IMG/VR virus record: IMGVR_UViG_3300029928_000131
Origin: an uncultured virus (IMG/VR IMGVR_UViG_3300029928_000131)
Lineage: Duplodnaviria > Heunggongvirae > Uroviricota > Caudoviricetes
Reading direction: 5' to 3' (one strand)
DNA length: 64,000 bases
A program made the position numbers and the translations under genes. Shown here piece by piece: positions 38,890 to 46,755 of this stretch. The notes beneath the pieces were generated by a model. It worked only from the letters and a program-made list of their open reading frames with translations. It had not been told where the DNA came from and did not search any database. Numbering within the stretch: position 1 is the stretch's first letter; every line of letters starts with the position of its first letter.

Positions 38890-39055
38890 GCAGGTGCGAT
38901 ACCACATACCGGCTGCCCTTTTTCAGGTCCGCATCAGACGGAAGCGGGAAGTCCTTTTCCGTCAGATACCATACAAGCGTCAGGGTGCTGATGTACTGCA
39001 TCAGCCAGCCGATCAGCGAGACAACGGCCACGATGAGCAAAAATAGGGTCATCAT
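38861..39055 (-). CDS. Small membrane protein
   Basis: AAGGAG RBS; N-terminal TM. Confidence 0.6.
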   Translation of the reverse strand: MMTLFLLIVAVVSLIGWLMQYISTLTLVWYLTEKDFPLPSDADLKKGSRYVVSHLLKDWASDKR

Positions 39056-39093
39056 CGCGCTCCTTTCGTACAGTCGTTCTTAACTGTGGCTTA

Positions 39094-39169
39094 ATAATAA
39101 ATCTGTAATTACCAATCGTCAAGAGAAAAATGCGTAAAAATAAACTTTTATACGTAATTACCAATTACG
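39094..39169 (-). promoter_or_regulatory. Early promoter/operator, cassette 1
   Basis: TTGACG-17-TATTAT on minus; GTAATTACCAAT repeated at 39105 and 39154. Confidence 0.7.
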
Positions 39170-39188
39170 TATTAAGGAGAGAAATCCA

Positions 39189-39509
39189 ATGGACAGGGAA
39201 CTTTTTGTGCAAAATATCGAACAATACTGTTCCAAGAAGGACGTCAAGCCGACAAATGCCTGCCGCGACAGCGGCGTTGGCACGAGCTTTTTGGCCGATA
39301 TCAAGAGAGGGCAGACCCCGTCCGTTGCAAAGGTGCAGATGCTTGCGCAATATCTCGGCTGCACTGTGTCCGATCTGCTCGGCGAGCGGGCGGGGTCCGA
39401 ATCGGACACCGTGAACGCCGACGAGCTGCGGCACTTGCTGGCCTACCGCAAGGCCCCTGCGCCCATCCGCGAGATCGTGGACACGGCGCTCAAGCCTTAC
39501 GAAACATAG
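39189..39509 (+). CDS. CI-like XRE repressor 1
   Basis: PSVAKVQMLAQYLGCTVSDLLG. Confidence 0.85.
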   Translation: MDRELFVQNIEQYCSKKDVKPTNACRDSGVGTSFLADIKRGQTPSVAKVQMLAQYLGCTVSDLLGERAGSESDTVNADELRHLLAYRKAPAPIREIVDTALKPYET

Positions 39510-39515
39510 GTGGAT

Positions 39516-39660
39516 GGAGCGCAAGAGAATCAAACTCTTATCACACGACGGACGGGTTGTCTCAGGAACAGCCCTCGTGTGCTGAGACGCCACAGAAACC
39601 ACCGCATACGATGTGAGAGCTGATATTAAGTTGTGATGTCGTGCGAGCACCAGCCGCTCC
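39516..39660 (-). ncRNA. tRNA-like scaffold RNA, copy C (long insert)
   Basis: GGAGCG GCTGGTGC TCGCACGAC..GTCGTGTGA TAAGAG-TTTGATT-CTCTTG CGCTCC. Confidence 0.7.
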
Positions 39661-39677
39661 GTATGGATGAGGTGAAG

Positions 39678-39779
39678 GGGGCGAGGACGAGTTGAACGTC
39701 CTTCAGGCGGGTATCAGAGTAACGGAGGGTTCATCCGCGGTTCCGACTGAACCATCACCCGCCGCGCACCGGCCGCCCC
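39678..39779 (-). ncRNA. tRNA-like scaffold RNA, copy D
   Basis: GGGGCG GCCGGTGC GC GGCGGGT..ACCCGCC TGA AGGACG-TTCAACT-CGTCCT CGCCCC. Confidence 0.7.
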
Positions 39780-39798
39780 GTATTATGAAGGAAGCGCT

Positions 39799-40146
39799 AT
39801 GGAAACAAAAGATGAACTTGAGCAGGTCGTTCTGCTCGATGCAGAGTACAAACTTCTCTCCAGAATGAAGAGAAAGCAGCTGCATCCCAACGAGAAAACG
39901 GATGGAATGCACGCCTTGCTGGAGTGGCGGTTTGCCGCATTTGATCCGGACGGACATGATGCACTCAACCGTCCCCGCTGCAAGGATACCTGTCACATCA
40001 CCGAGCGGGGTGAAAGATACCTCGCGTATCGGAAGATGGAAAAGATGCGCTTCTTGGGCAGGAGTGCGTGGATACCGTTGGCTGTCAGTATTGCAGCGAG
40101 TATCTTGACGCGCCTGCTGGGGTATTTGGCAGAGTTACCACGATAA
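39799..40146 (+). CDS. Hypothetical protein with C-terminal TM
   Basis: RBS; HITERGERYL; hydrophobic C-terminus. Confidence 0.7.
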   Translation: METKDELEQVVLLDAEYKLLSRMKRKQLHPNEKTDGMHALLEWRFAAFDPDGHDALNRPRCKDTCHITERGERYLAYRKMEKMRFLGRSAWIPLAVSIAASILTRLLGYLAELPR

Positions 40147-40248
40147 GATCCATTCCAGGATCTTACCGCCCAGAAACTGACCGATAATCGTCCCGATGAT
40201 GCTGAAAAAAATCTGCATACCAATTACGAGCGCGTCATGGCCTTTCAT
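40135..40248 (-). CDS. Small hydrophobic peptide (37 aa)
   Basis: AGGAG RBS; MKGHDALVIGMQIFFSIIGTII. Confidence 0.45.
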   Translation of the reverse strand: MKGHDALVIGMQIFFSIIGTIIGQFLGGKILEWILSW

Positions 40249-40267
40249 TTCAAAGTCTCCTGCTTGA

Positions 40268-40363
40268 TCAAAGAAGTCCCAGCTTTGCTTGAACGATTTC
40301 TGCAATGATCATCCCGAGCATGAGCCCTAAGAAGTAGAAGCCGTGACCACGATCGTCTTTCAT
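40268..40363 (-). CDS. Small hydrophobic peptide (31 aa)
   Basis: GAGGT RBS; MKDDRGHGFYFLGLMLGMII. Confidence 0.45.
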   Translation of the reverse strand: MKDDRGHGFYFLGLMLGMIIAEIVQAKLGLL

Positions 40364-40406
40364 CGTCGTACCTCATTTCACGTGACTTTGTAATAAATCT
40401 GAAAGG

Positions 40407-40595
40407 ATGGACAAAATGGACAACTCTCTCAGAAATGACCTTGAACGGTTTTGCCGTGTCTATCAGGGGAACATTGCAGACATCCTGAAGGAAAACCTTC
40501 CGCGGGGAGAAGCCGAAAAACTCGGTGAGAAGCTCGACGAAGAATTTGACTTGTTCCGCGAGTCCCTTTTTAACCGTCTGCGCGAGACACTCTGA
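40407..40595 (+). CDS. Hypothetical protein
   Basis: RBS; helical 62 aa. Confidence 0.55.
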   Translation: MDKMDNSLRNDLERFCRVYQGNIADILKENLPRGEAEKLGEKLDEEFDLFRESLFNRLRETL

Positions 40596-40758
40596 TGATG
40601 ACCGGCTTCGTATCGCTCAGGAGCTGACGCTGGGCCTCTTCCAGAGCGGCGTTGGCTTCGGCGTAGCTGGCCGCGTTGTCGGCGAGCAGGTCGACAATCT
40701 GCGCGGCAATGGCCGCGGCGTTTTCGCTCGGCTTTTCACTCGTGTAAGCGAGACGCAT
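40570..40758 (-). CDS. Hypothetical protein
   Basis: AAGGAG RBS in leader shared with 38861-39055. Confidence 0.6.
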   Translation of the reverse strand: MRLAYTSEKPSENAAAIAAQIVDLLADNAASYAEANAALEEAQRQLLSDTKPVIIRVSRADG

Positions 40759-40801
40759 CTTTTCGCGCTCCTTTCGTACAGCTGTTTTTAACTGTGGCTT
40801 T

Positions 40802-40844
40802 ATAATAAATCGTCGAATATCCGATTGTCAATCGGATATTCGAC
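40802..40844 (-). promoter_or_regulatory. Early promoter with 33-bp palindromic operator, cassette 2
   Basis: TTGACA-18-TATTAT; GTCGAATATCCGATTG-T-CAATCGGATATTCGAC (40812-40844). Confidence 0.75.
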
Positions 40845-40888
40845 AGTTGACTAATATTTGTAAGAACATCCAATTTCTATATAAGTAG

Positions 40889-41221
40889 GTGCACCCAATG
40901 CAGACTGAGATTTTTGTGCAAAATGTTAAAAGATATTGCAATTTGAAAGGGGTTAAGCCTACAGTGGCCTGCGCCGAGAGTGGTGCGGGAAAGGATTTGT
41001 TGGGGCAGCTTTCCAAGCGAGGGACTGTCCCATCTGTAGAGCGTGTGCAGCTGCTCGCACAGTACCTTGGCTGCACTGTGTCTGATCTGCTCGGCGAGAC
41101 GCCGAGCGCGCTGCCGGATGTGCCGGAAGGCCCGACCGAGCAGTTCCTAAAGTTGTTCTCAAGCCTCGACGACAAAGCCCAGAACGAGATCGTCGCCGAG
41201 ATGCTCAAGAGGAAAAAATAA
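40889..41221 (+). CDS. CI-like XRE repressor 2
   Basis: PSVERVQLLAQYLGCTVSDLLG. Confidence 0.85.
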   Translation: MHPMQTEIFVQNVKRYCNLKGVKPTVACAESGAGKDLLGQLSKRGTVPSVERVQLLAQYLGCTVSDLLGETPSALPDVPEGPTEQFLKLFSSLDDKAQNEIVAEMLKRKK

Positions 41222-41285
41222 AAAAAGGTGCCCGAATCGGGCACCGAAGGACACAAAAAATTTAACTATAGCTTCAAAAAAGTGG

Positions 41286-41314
41286 TTGACAAATCGAACT
41301 TAGGGGCATAGTAT
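41286..41314 (+). promoter_or_regulatory. Sigma-A promoter for NYN gene
   Basis: TTGACA-17-TAGTAT. Confidence 0.65.
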
Positions 41315-41359
41315 AAGCAGTACAACAAAGTGACTTCTGTCGCTGCCCGTTGTGCCAAT

Positions 41360-41412
41360 AAGCCCTTGGAATAGGTCCCCCACGATAAGGGGAGCGCCCG
41401 TTCTAAGGGCTT
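41360..41412 (+). ncRNA. Structured leader RNA upstream of NYN gene
   Basis: AAGCCCTTGGAA/TTCTAAGGGCTT stem enclosing TCCCC/GGGGA hairpin. Confidence 0.5.
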
Positions 41413-41437
41413 TAGATTTTATTGGGGGGATTTTGAT

Positions 41438-42133
41438 ATGTCAAAGACAGCAATCCTTGTCGACGGCGGCTTTTTTCGCAAGCGGGCCAAATTCCTTTGG
41501 GGAGAGCATACGCCGAAAGAAACAGCAGACGCCCTTATTACATACGCAATGCGGCACCTGAAGGAACGGGAGCGTTCCCACGATCTATACAGGGTGTTTT
41601 ATTATGACTGCCCGCCGGTGGACAAGCAGATGTACCATCCGCTCACCAGAAAGACAGTCAATATGAAGGTTTCAAAAGAGAGCGTATGGATGCAGGCTTT
41701 CTTGGAGGAATTGAAGCAAAAGCGCAAAGTAGCGCTTCGATTGGGCATGCTGGACGTAGGCAATGCAGTCTACACGCTCAGATATGATGCAGTGAAAAAG
41801 CTGTGTGCGGGGACGCTTACAAAGGAATCTCTTGGAATGGAACATTTTGAGCCGACCATCAAACAAAAGGGCGTTGATATGAAGCTCGGAATTGATATTG
41901 CTTCGCTCGCCTATAAGAAACAGGTCGATCAGATCATTCTTATTGCCGGCGACAGCGATTTTGTCCCTGCAGCCAAGCTCGCAAGGCGAGAAGGCATCGA
42001 TTTGGTGTTGGACCCTATGGAAATGGAAATTGGCCATGATCGCGAGCTGTTTGAGCATATTGACGGCCTGCGCAGTTGTGGGAATCCTTATCTTAAGAGG
42101 AAGAATATCACGGGAACCGCCGAAAAGAGGTAG
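41438..42133 (+). CDS. NYN domain (LabA/DUF88, PIN-like) ribonuclease
   Basis: ILVDGGF, FYYD, QKGVDMKLGIDI, AGDSDFVPA. Confidence 0.9.
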   Translation: MSKTAILVDGGFFRKRAKFLWGEHTPKETADALITYAMRHLKERERSHDLYRVFYYDCPPVDKQMYHPLTRKTVNMKVSKESVWMQAFLEELKQKRKVALRLGMLDVGNAVYTLRYDAVKKLCAGTLTKESLGMEHFEPTIKQKGVDMKLGIDIASLAYKKQVDQIILIAGDSDFVPAAKLARREGIDLVLDPMEMEIGHDRELFEHIDGLRSCGNPYLKRKNITGTAEKR

Positions 42134-42203
42134 GCCCTACATTGGTGCCCGAATCGGGCACCAAAAAAGCCGCCCCTTGACGGGACGGCTTTCGGGAAAG
42201 GCA

Positions 42204-42599
42204 TTATTGAATATCGAGCCGCAGCTTCAGCGCTTCCTGAAGCACGTTGGAAAAATTCAGGTCAGCGCGCTCTGCCAGCGTGTTGAGCCACGCGGGGATG
42301 GACAGCGTCTTCTTTACGGCCTTGTTGCTGTACAGTCTGCGGTACGCAAGGGTATCGCAGCAGACGAGCGAAACCGTATCGTTCTCGCTGCTTTGAATGC
42401 TTTTAGGATCCGACGCGGTGGGAATGTCCGCGTTCTCTTCTTCCATGTCGTAGAGCATCAGACACAGGGCGTCCTCTGCCATTTCAATCGCTTCCGGCAG
42501 GCTCTCGCCGCTGGTATAGCAGCCTTCGATATCAGGGAATGCAACGGAATAAGCGCCGTTATCCTCCTTGGTAAATACAGCGGGGTATGCGTATTTCAT
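42204..42599 (-). CDS. hicB: HicB antitoxin
   Basis: YPAVF..FPDIEGCYTSG; VKKTLSIPAWLN. Confidence 0.95.
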   Translation of the reverse strand: MKYAYPAVFTKEDNGAYSVAFPDIEGCYTSGESLPEAIEMAEDALCLMLYDMEEENADIPTASDPKSIQSSENDTVSLVCCDTLAYRRLYSNKAVKKTLSIPAWLNTLAERADLNFSNVLQEALKLRLDIQ

Positions 42600-42643
42600 G
42601 ATCGTGATCTCCTCTCGGTATATGATATGGAGCGGTGGGGGAT

Positions 42644-42829
42644 TTATTCAATCCCCGCAAGCTTCTTGATGTTGCGGACCGTTCCGGAAGGAACCTCTTT
42701 GGAATCGTGCCGCGGAACAGTGAATTTTTTGTTTGTGATCGGGCTGTACCAGATCTCGTGATTGCTTCCTTCGCGGAAAAGGTAGCAGCCTCCCGCGGAG
42801 AGCTCTTTTTTCAATTCGCTGCCTTTCAC
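42644..42829 (-). CDS. hicA: HicA toxin
   Basis: REGSNHEIW..VPRH..EVPSGT. Confidence 0.9.
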   Translation of the reverse strand: MKGSELKKELSAGGCYLFREGSNHEIWYSPITNKKFTVPRHDSKEVPSGTVRNIKKLAGIE

Positions 42830-42855
42830 CTTGTCACCTCTTTCGTTCTGCAATT

Positions 42856-42906
42856 ATTGTAACACGTATTATTACGTGCGTCAAGGTGAAAACACGTGAT
42901 AATACG
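42856..42906 (-). promoter_or_regulatory. hicAB promoter with palindromic operators
   Basis: TTGACG-17-TACAAT; CACGTATTATTACGTG and CACGTGATAATACGT. Confidence 0.7.
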
Positions 42907-42974
42907 TAAAGCCGCCCCTCGGCAGGGCGGCTCGGGACTTGACAATTCAAAAGCGGGCGGTTATACTCAGGGTA

Positions 42975-43165
42975 GAAAAAGGCGCTGCCGGTAGACGGTT
43001 AGCTCCTCAGAAGTTCATTACCCTAAAAGAGTAACCGCTTGCTTGGAGGCTGGGCGGTTACCGCAAAAGAGTATAAAGGCGCTGCCGGTAGACGGTTGCT
43101 CCCTTATGCTTGGATTACAAAGTAACCGCCTGCTTGGGGAAGCGTGGGGCGGTTACTTCTTTTTT
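42975..43165 (+). ncRNA. Type I antitoxin RNA, two tandem units
   Basis: Promoter TTGACA-17-TATACT (42939-42967); repeated AAAGGCGCTGCCGGTAGACGGTT..GTAACCGC..GCGGTTAC; convergent with toxin. Confidence 0.7.
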
Positions 43166-43236
43166 GCCTGAATAAACAGACCAATGATGCCGATGACCAC
43201 TAAACAGAACTGAAACAGATCTGAAAATGTAAGCAT
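43153..43236 (-). CDS. Type I toxin, holin-like hydrophobic peptide (27 aa)
   Basis: MLTFSDLFQFCLVVIGIIGLFIQAKKK; GGGGGTG RBS. Confidence 0.8.
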   Translation of the reverse strand: MLTFSDLFQFCLVVIGIIGLFIQAKKK

Positions 43237-43462
43237 TGTGCATCACCCCCTCTCGCTGGAGAGGGCAAGAAGTCCCCTCCGGGATGGAGGAGCCAACCGC
43301 CTACCGTTACTGGCAGCGCCAAAAACAGAATAGCAGAGTCTCGTCGAAAAAGCAAGAATACTGTTGCAGGGGCGATAAATGCAGAGCGGCCATCGCCCGA
43401 AAGGACGACGGCCGCTCTTTGAGTTCCGCGCGCGAACTCCTGAGAGGGCAATGCGACGAGGA

Positions 43463-43579
43463 CTATTGATCGTTGCGCTTGGAATCGGCTGCGAGCCGAG
43501 CTGCGAGGTCAAGGATCTCTTGCTGGGCGTCTGCGGACAAGGACTCAAACAATGCAATGATATAAGCCAGATCGTACAT
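43463..43579 (-). CDS. Small protein resembling repressor-2 C-terminal helix (putative antirepressor)
   Basis: IIALFESLSADAQQEILDLA vs FLKLFSSLDDKAQNEIVAEM. Confidence 0.55.
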   Translation of the reverse strand: MYDLAYIIALFESLSADAQQEILDLAARLAADSKRNDQ

Positions 43580-43680
43580 GATTCTCTCTCTCTCGGACGC
43601 CGCCCGTGTAGATTTGGCGCCAAGAGAGATTATACAGAATTTTGCAATCAAAAGCTATGGAAATATAGAGAGGTGAAGAG

Positions 43681-44808
43681 ATGCTTTGCAGAGCCTGTAA
43701 GCGAGAGATTCCAGAGAATTCGATTTACTGCAACTGGTGCGGAGAGAAGCAGATCCGTGAGCGCAAAAAGAAAGAAGAGATAAAGATCCCTACACCAAAG
43801 CAGCTGCCGTCAGGGAGCTGGAACATTGTCCTTCGCGCCGAGGGACAAAGCATAACGGAACCGACGAGAGAACGCTGCGTAGCCAGAGCGAAAGCAGTTC
43901 GGGCGGGGTTTCTGGCCGCAAAGAAAAAAGCTGCTGGCCAGACCTTGGAGCAGGCATATGATGCTTATCTGACTGCCCGCAAAGGTGTAATTTCACCGTC
44001 AACGTATGGAGGCTATGAAAAACTGAAGCGCAATACCTTTGCCGAGCTGATGCAGTGTGATATTGCATCTGTGACCAGCGAGCGGGTACAGACGGAAATA
44101 TCGAGCATGGCGACAAAAGGAAAGAGCCGGAAATATATCGCAAATGCAGTCGGTTTGCTGGGTTCTGTGCTGAAGGCTTATGCTCCGGAAACGACGTTGG
44201 ATATTCGACTCCCTCAAAAAAAGAAAAGCGAACCGCGAAGAATCGAAGATGAAGAGATCGGCCAAATCATGGAGGCCGTACATGGCACTGAGATTGAACT
44301 GCCAGTGTTAATGGGGCTGTGGCTGGGCATGCGTATGTCTGAGATTAGAGGAGCGAGATTTGAGGATATCAAGGATGGACAACTGCATATTTGCCGCGCA
44401 GTGGTGACCGATGTAGATGGACGTGCCGTCGAGAAGCCCCCGAAAACATTTTCGGGGGATCGATGGGTAAGTCTTCCGCCTGAGATCAGCAAGCTCATTT
44501 ATGCACAGGGCAGGGAAGAAGGCTATATTGTTCTCCTGTCCGGACAAGCGATTTATAAACGGTTTTCTCGGCTGTTGGAAAAGAAGGGAATTGAGCACTG
44601 CCGTTTTCATGATTTGCGTCACGCTAATGCTGCGGTCATGGTGCGCCTTGGCGTCGACAGCCGTTACGCGCAAGAGCGTAACGGGTGGGCCAGCGACAGA
44701 ATGTATAAGCAGGTATACGGGTATACGATGGACGATAAAATGCAGACAGTCACTCAAGATATAAATATGTATTTTGCAAACAAAATTACAAACGCGAAAA
44801 AAGAATGA
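43681..44808 (+). CDS. int: Tyrosine integrase with N-terminal zinc ribbon
   Basis: GMRMSEIRG, FHDLRH, RNGW..VYGY. Confidence 0.95.
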   Translation: MLCRACKREIPENSIYCNWCGEKQIRERKKKEEIKIPTPKQLPSGSWNIVLRAEGQSITEPTRERCVARAKAVRAGFLAAKKKAAGQTLEQAYDAYLTARKGVISPSTYGGYEKLKRNTFAELMQCDIASVTSERVQTEISSMATKGKSRKYIANAVGLLGSVLKAYAPETTLDIRLPQKKKSEPRRIEDEEIGQIMEAVHGTEIELPVLMGLWLGMRMSEIRGARFEDIKDGQLHICRAVVTDVDGRAVEKPPKTFSGDRWVSLPPEISKLIYAQGREEGYIVLLSGQAIYKRFSRLLEKKGIEHCRFHDLRHANAAVMVRLGVDSRYAQERNGWASDRMYKQVYGYTMDDKMQTVTQDINMYFANKITNAKKE

Positions 44809-45022
44809 AGTAATATCAGCATGTTTGCGAATCCAGCGATGGGTTCGACTCCCGCCGCCTCCACCAAAGTAAGAAAAGCCTGCAATCAATGGAATTGCGG
44901 GCTTTTCTTTATATCTCAACAGTTTTGCTCGCCACTTTGCAGTTTCAAAATTGAAATTATCTTCACTTTGACAGACAGAAATTTTGACTTTAAGATGCGA
45001 TTTTGCAAACGACTTTGCAAAC
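44774..45022 (+). other. attP of phage 2; core is the tmRNA (ssrA) 3' end at 44841-44866
   Basis: GGGTTCGACTCCCGCCGCCTCCACCA; TTRCAAAC arm pairs at 44774/44786 and 45003/45015. Confidence 0.8.
44873..44910 (+). terminator. Intrinsic terminator
   Basis: GAAAAGCCTGCAAT..ATTGCGGGCTTTTCTTT. Confidence 0.7.
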
Positions 45023-45097
45023 GAAATGAGACTGCTGCAAAGGATAAGTTGAACAATAAAAGAGAAGGCGGTGCCCAAATCGGGCACCGCCTTTTCT

Positions 45098-45709
45098 TTA
45101 CTTAGATCGTGCAATCATCGCGATAACTTCCTGCCGTGTGACAAGGCCCTTCGGCGCGGTACCGTTTACGACACCGGCTTCATGAGCTGCTGCCCATACC
45201 TCGGCGGCCCATTCGTCGACAGGCAGCTGTGCGCGCTTGGCGAGGTATGTATCCATCATCTTGTCGAACTTATCCTGATCCATACAGTCGTACTCCTCCA
45301 TTTTGGGCGGGTATTTGCCCGCTAGAATCATGCTGCCGCTGTAGCGCCCGTTTGCATCCCACTGGAAGTGCGGTCGATCGGGGAAACTCTTCCAGTCACC
45401 GCCCCACGAGAAACCGACCTGCTTGCCGATTTGTCCGCAGCGGGCGAAAAAATCGGCGTCATCGTATGCATGTCCGCTTACATTCTTGCAAATATCAAAG
45501 GCCAGTCCGGCCTTGATGCCGTGGAACGTCGGCTTGGTCGCCTTCTTGCTGGCTGTGCCGCGCCGCACGCAGTCAAGCTGGTACTCTTCATCGCGCACCG
45601 TCTCGGTCACCTTGACAGGAAGACCGGCATCGTGGCACATCTGCAGAAAGATTTCGCAGTTTGCTCGCACGTCGGCGCGCAGATATTTGAGGTCGTCGGT
45701 CTTAAACAT
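45098..45709 (-). CDS. Endolysin, M15 family peptidase
   Basis: Homolog of 9831-10439; WGGDWKSFPDRPHFQ. Confidence 0.9.
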   Translation of the reverse strand: MFKTDDLKYLRADVRANCEIFLQMCHDAGLPVKVTETVRDEEYQLDCVRRGTASKKATKPTFHGIKAGLAFDICKNVSGHAYDDADFFARCGQIGKQVGFSWGGDWKSFPDRPHFQWDANGRYSGSMILAGKYPPKMEEYDCMDQDKFDKMMDTYLAKRAQLPVDEWAAEVWAAAHEAGVVNGTAPKGLVTRQEVIAMIARSK

Positions 45710-46040
45710 TGTCTCTGCTCTTTCCGGTGAGCCCGTGCAGGTGCTTCAGGAGATCTTCGTAAAGTCCGTCATATCCGTTCATTGCAACATAGGCGACGAT
45801 GCCGCCAACGGCGACGCCGCCGGCGATCCAGTACCAGGTCATCGCTGTACCGGTGATGTCGAGATAGGCGATCGTTGCGAGCAGTGTGAGCAGCTCCGCG
45901 ACGATCGGGGCGACCACTGCTGCATGATCGGCGAAGGGAGCTCCGAAGCCTTTAACGATGTTGGTGAAGATGTTTGTCAGCACGACCAGCGCGGGGATCA
46001 GCGCGACGAATACCAGGTTGATGATCATTTCGAAATCCAT
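45702..46040 (-). CDS. Holin-like three-TM protein
   Basis: Hydrophobic segments; AYVAMNGYD. Confidence 0.7.
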   Translation of the reverse strand: MDFEMIINLVFVALIPALVVLTNIFTNIVKGFGAPFADHAAVVAPIVAELLTLLATIAYLDITGTAMTWYWIAGGVAVGGIVAYVAMNGYDGLYEDLLKHLHGLTGKSRDNV

Positions 46041-46041
46041 A

Positions 46042-46404
46042 TCAAATACCTCTTTCTGTGTCGGTCGAGCCGACGCTTGTTCCAAAAAACTTGTTGTTGT
46101 TATGCTCAAAGATGTTGGAGAGAACCTTGCCGCCCAGCGTGACGGTGAGGGCCTTGAGTGCCGGCTCCGAAAGCTCGGTGAGCGTGTAGACCTGTCCGAG
46201 GATCACCATGGAATAGATGGCCATGGCGTAGCTGCAGGAGATCCATGCGATACACGCCCAGAGCGTGACGACGAATAACTGCCTCGTCACGCTCGCTGCC
46301 TGCGCTCTGGTGATGCCGTCGAGCCCGCGACGACAAATGACCCACCCAAGCAGAAAACCCGTCACAGCGGCTCCCAGAGCCGCCAGAACGATGCATTTCA
46401 TCAT
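46042..46404 (-). CDS. Membrane protein
   Basis: TM segments in lysis cluster. Confidence 0.65.
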   Translation of the reverse strand: MMKCIVLAALGAAVTGFLLGWVICRRGLDGITRAQAASVTRQLFVVTLWACIAWISCSYAMAIYSMVILGQVYTLTELSEPALKALTVTLGGKVLSNIFEHNNNKFFGTSVGSTDTERGI

Positions 46405-46739
46405 GCGGCCTCATCATTGCCGAGAATTGCGTGGATGCCTCGCTTGGTTAAAAACTCTTTCTGTTCGTGCTTGACCTGCGAAGCGTAGTTGAGCGCTGCG
46501 TGCATATCCCCATTGCAATGCGCATCGGGAATACGCTGTACGGCCTTCGCCGTGGCTTCCCCCAGCGCGACAGAAGCCCAATTTCCTTTGATGAGTTCAA
46601 GCATGAGCTGCTCCTGAAGTTCCTGCTGTTCCTGCATCTGGGCGCGTTCCTGCTTGTCGCGCTTGCGGTCGCGTGCTGCGACCGCTTCGATAATGGCGAT
46701 GATCACCATGGCCGCCGCTGAGATGATGCTTGCTGTCAT
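46401..46739 (-). CDS. Holin-like membrane protein
   Basis: N-terminal TM; HCNGDMHAAL. Confidence 0.65.
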   Translation of the reverse strand: MTASIISAAAMVIIAIIEAVAARDRKRDKQERAQMQEQQELQEQLMLELIKGNWASVALGEATAKAVQRIPDAHCNGDMHAALNYASQVKHEQKEFLTKRGIHAILGNDEAA

Positions 46740-46755
46740 AATCATTCCTCTTTCA

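Noticed and set aside
42975..43165. CRISPR mini-array
   Set aside because: Two units only, no cas genes; better explained as type I antitoxin RNA
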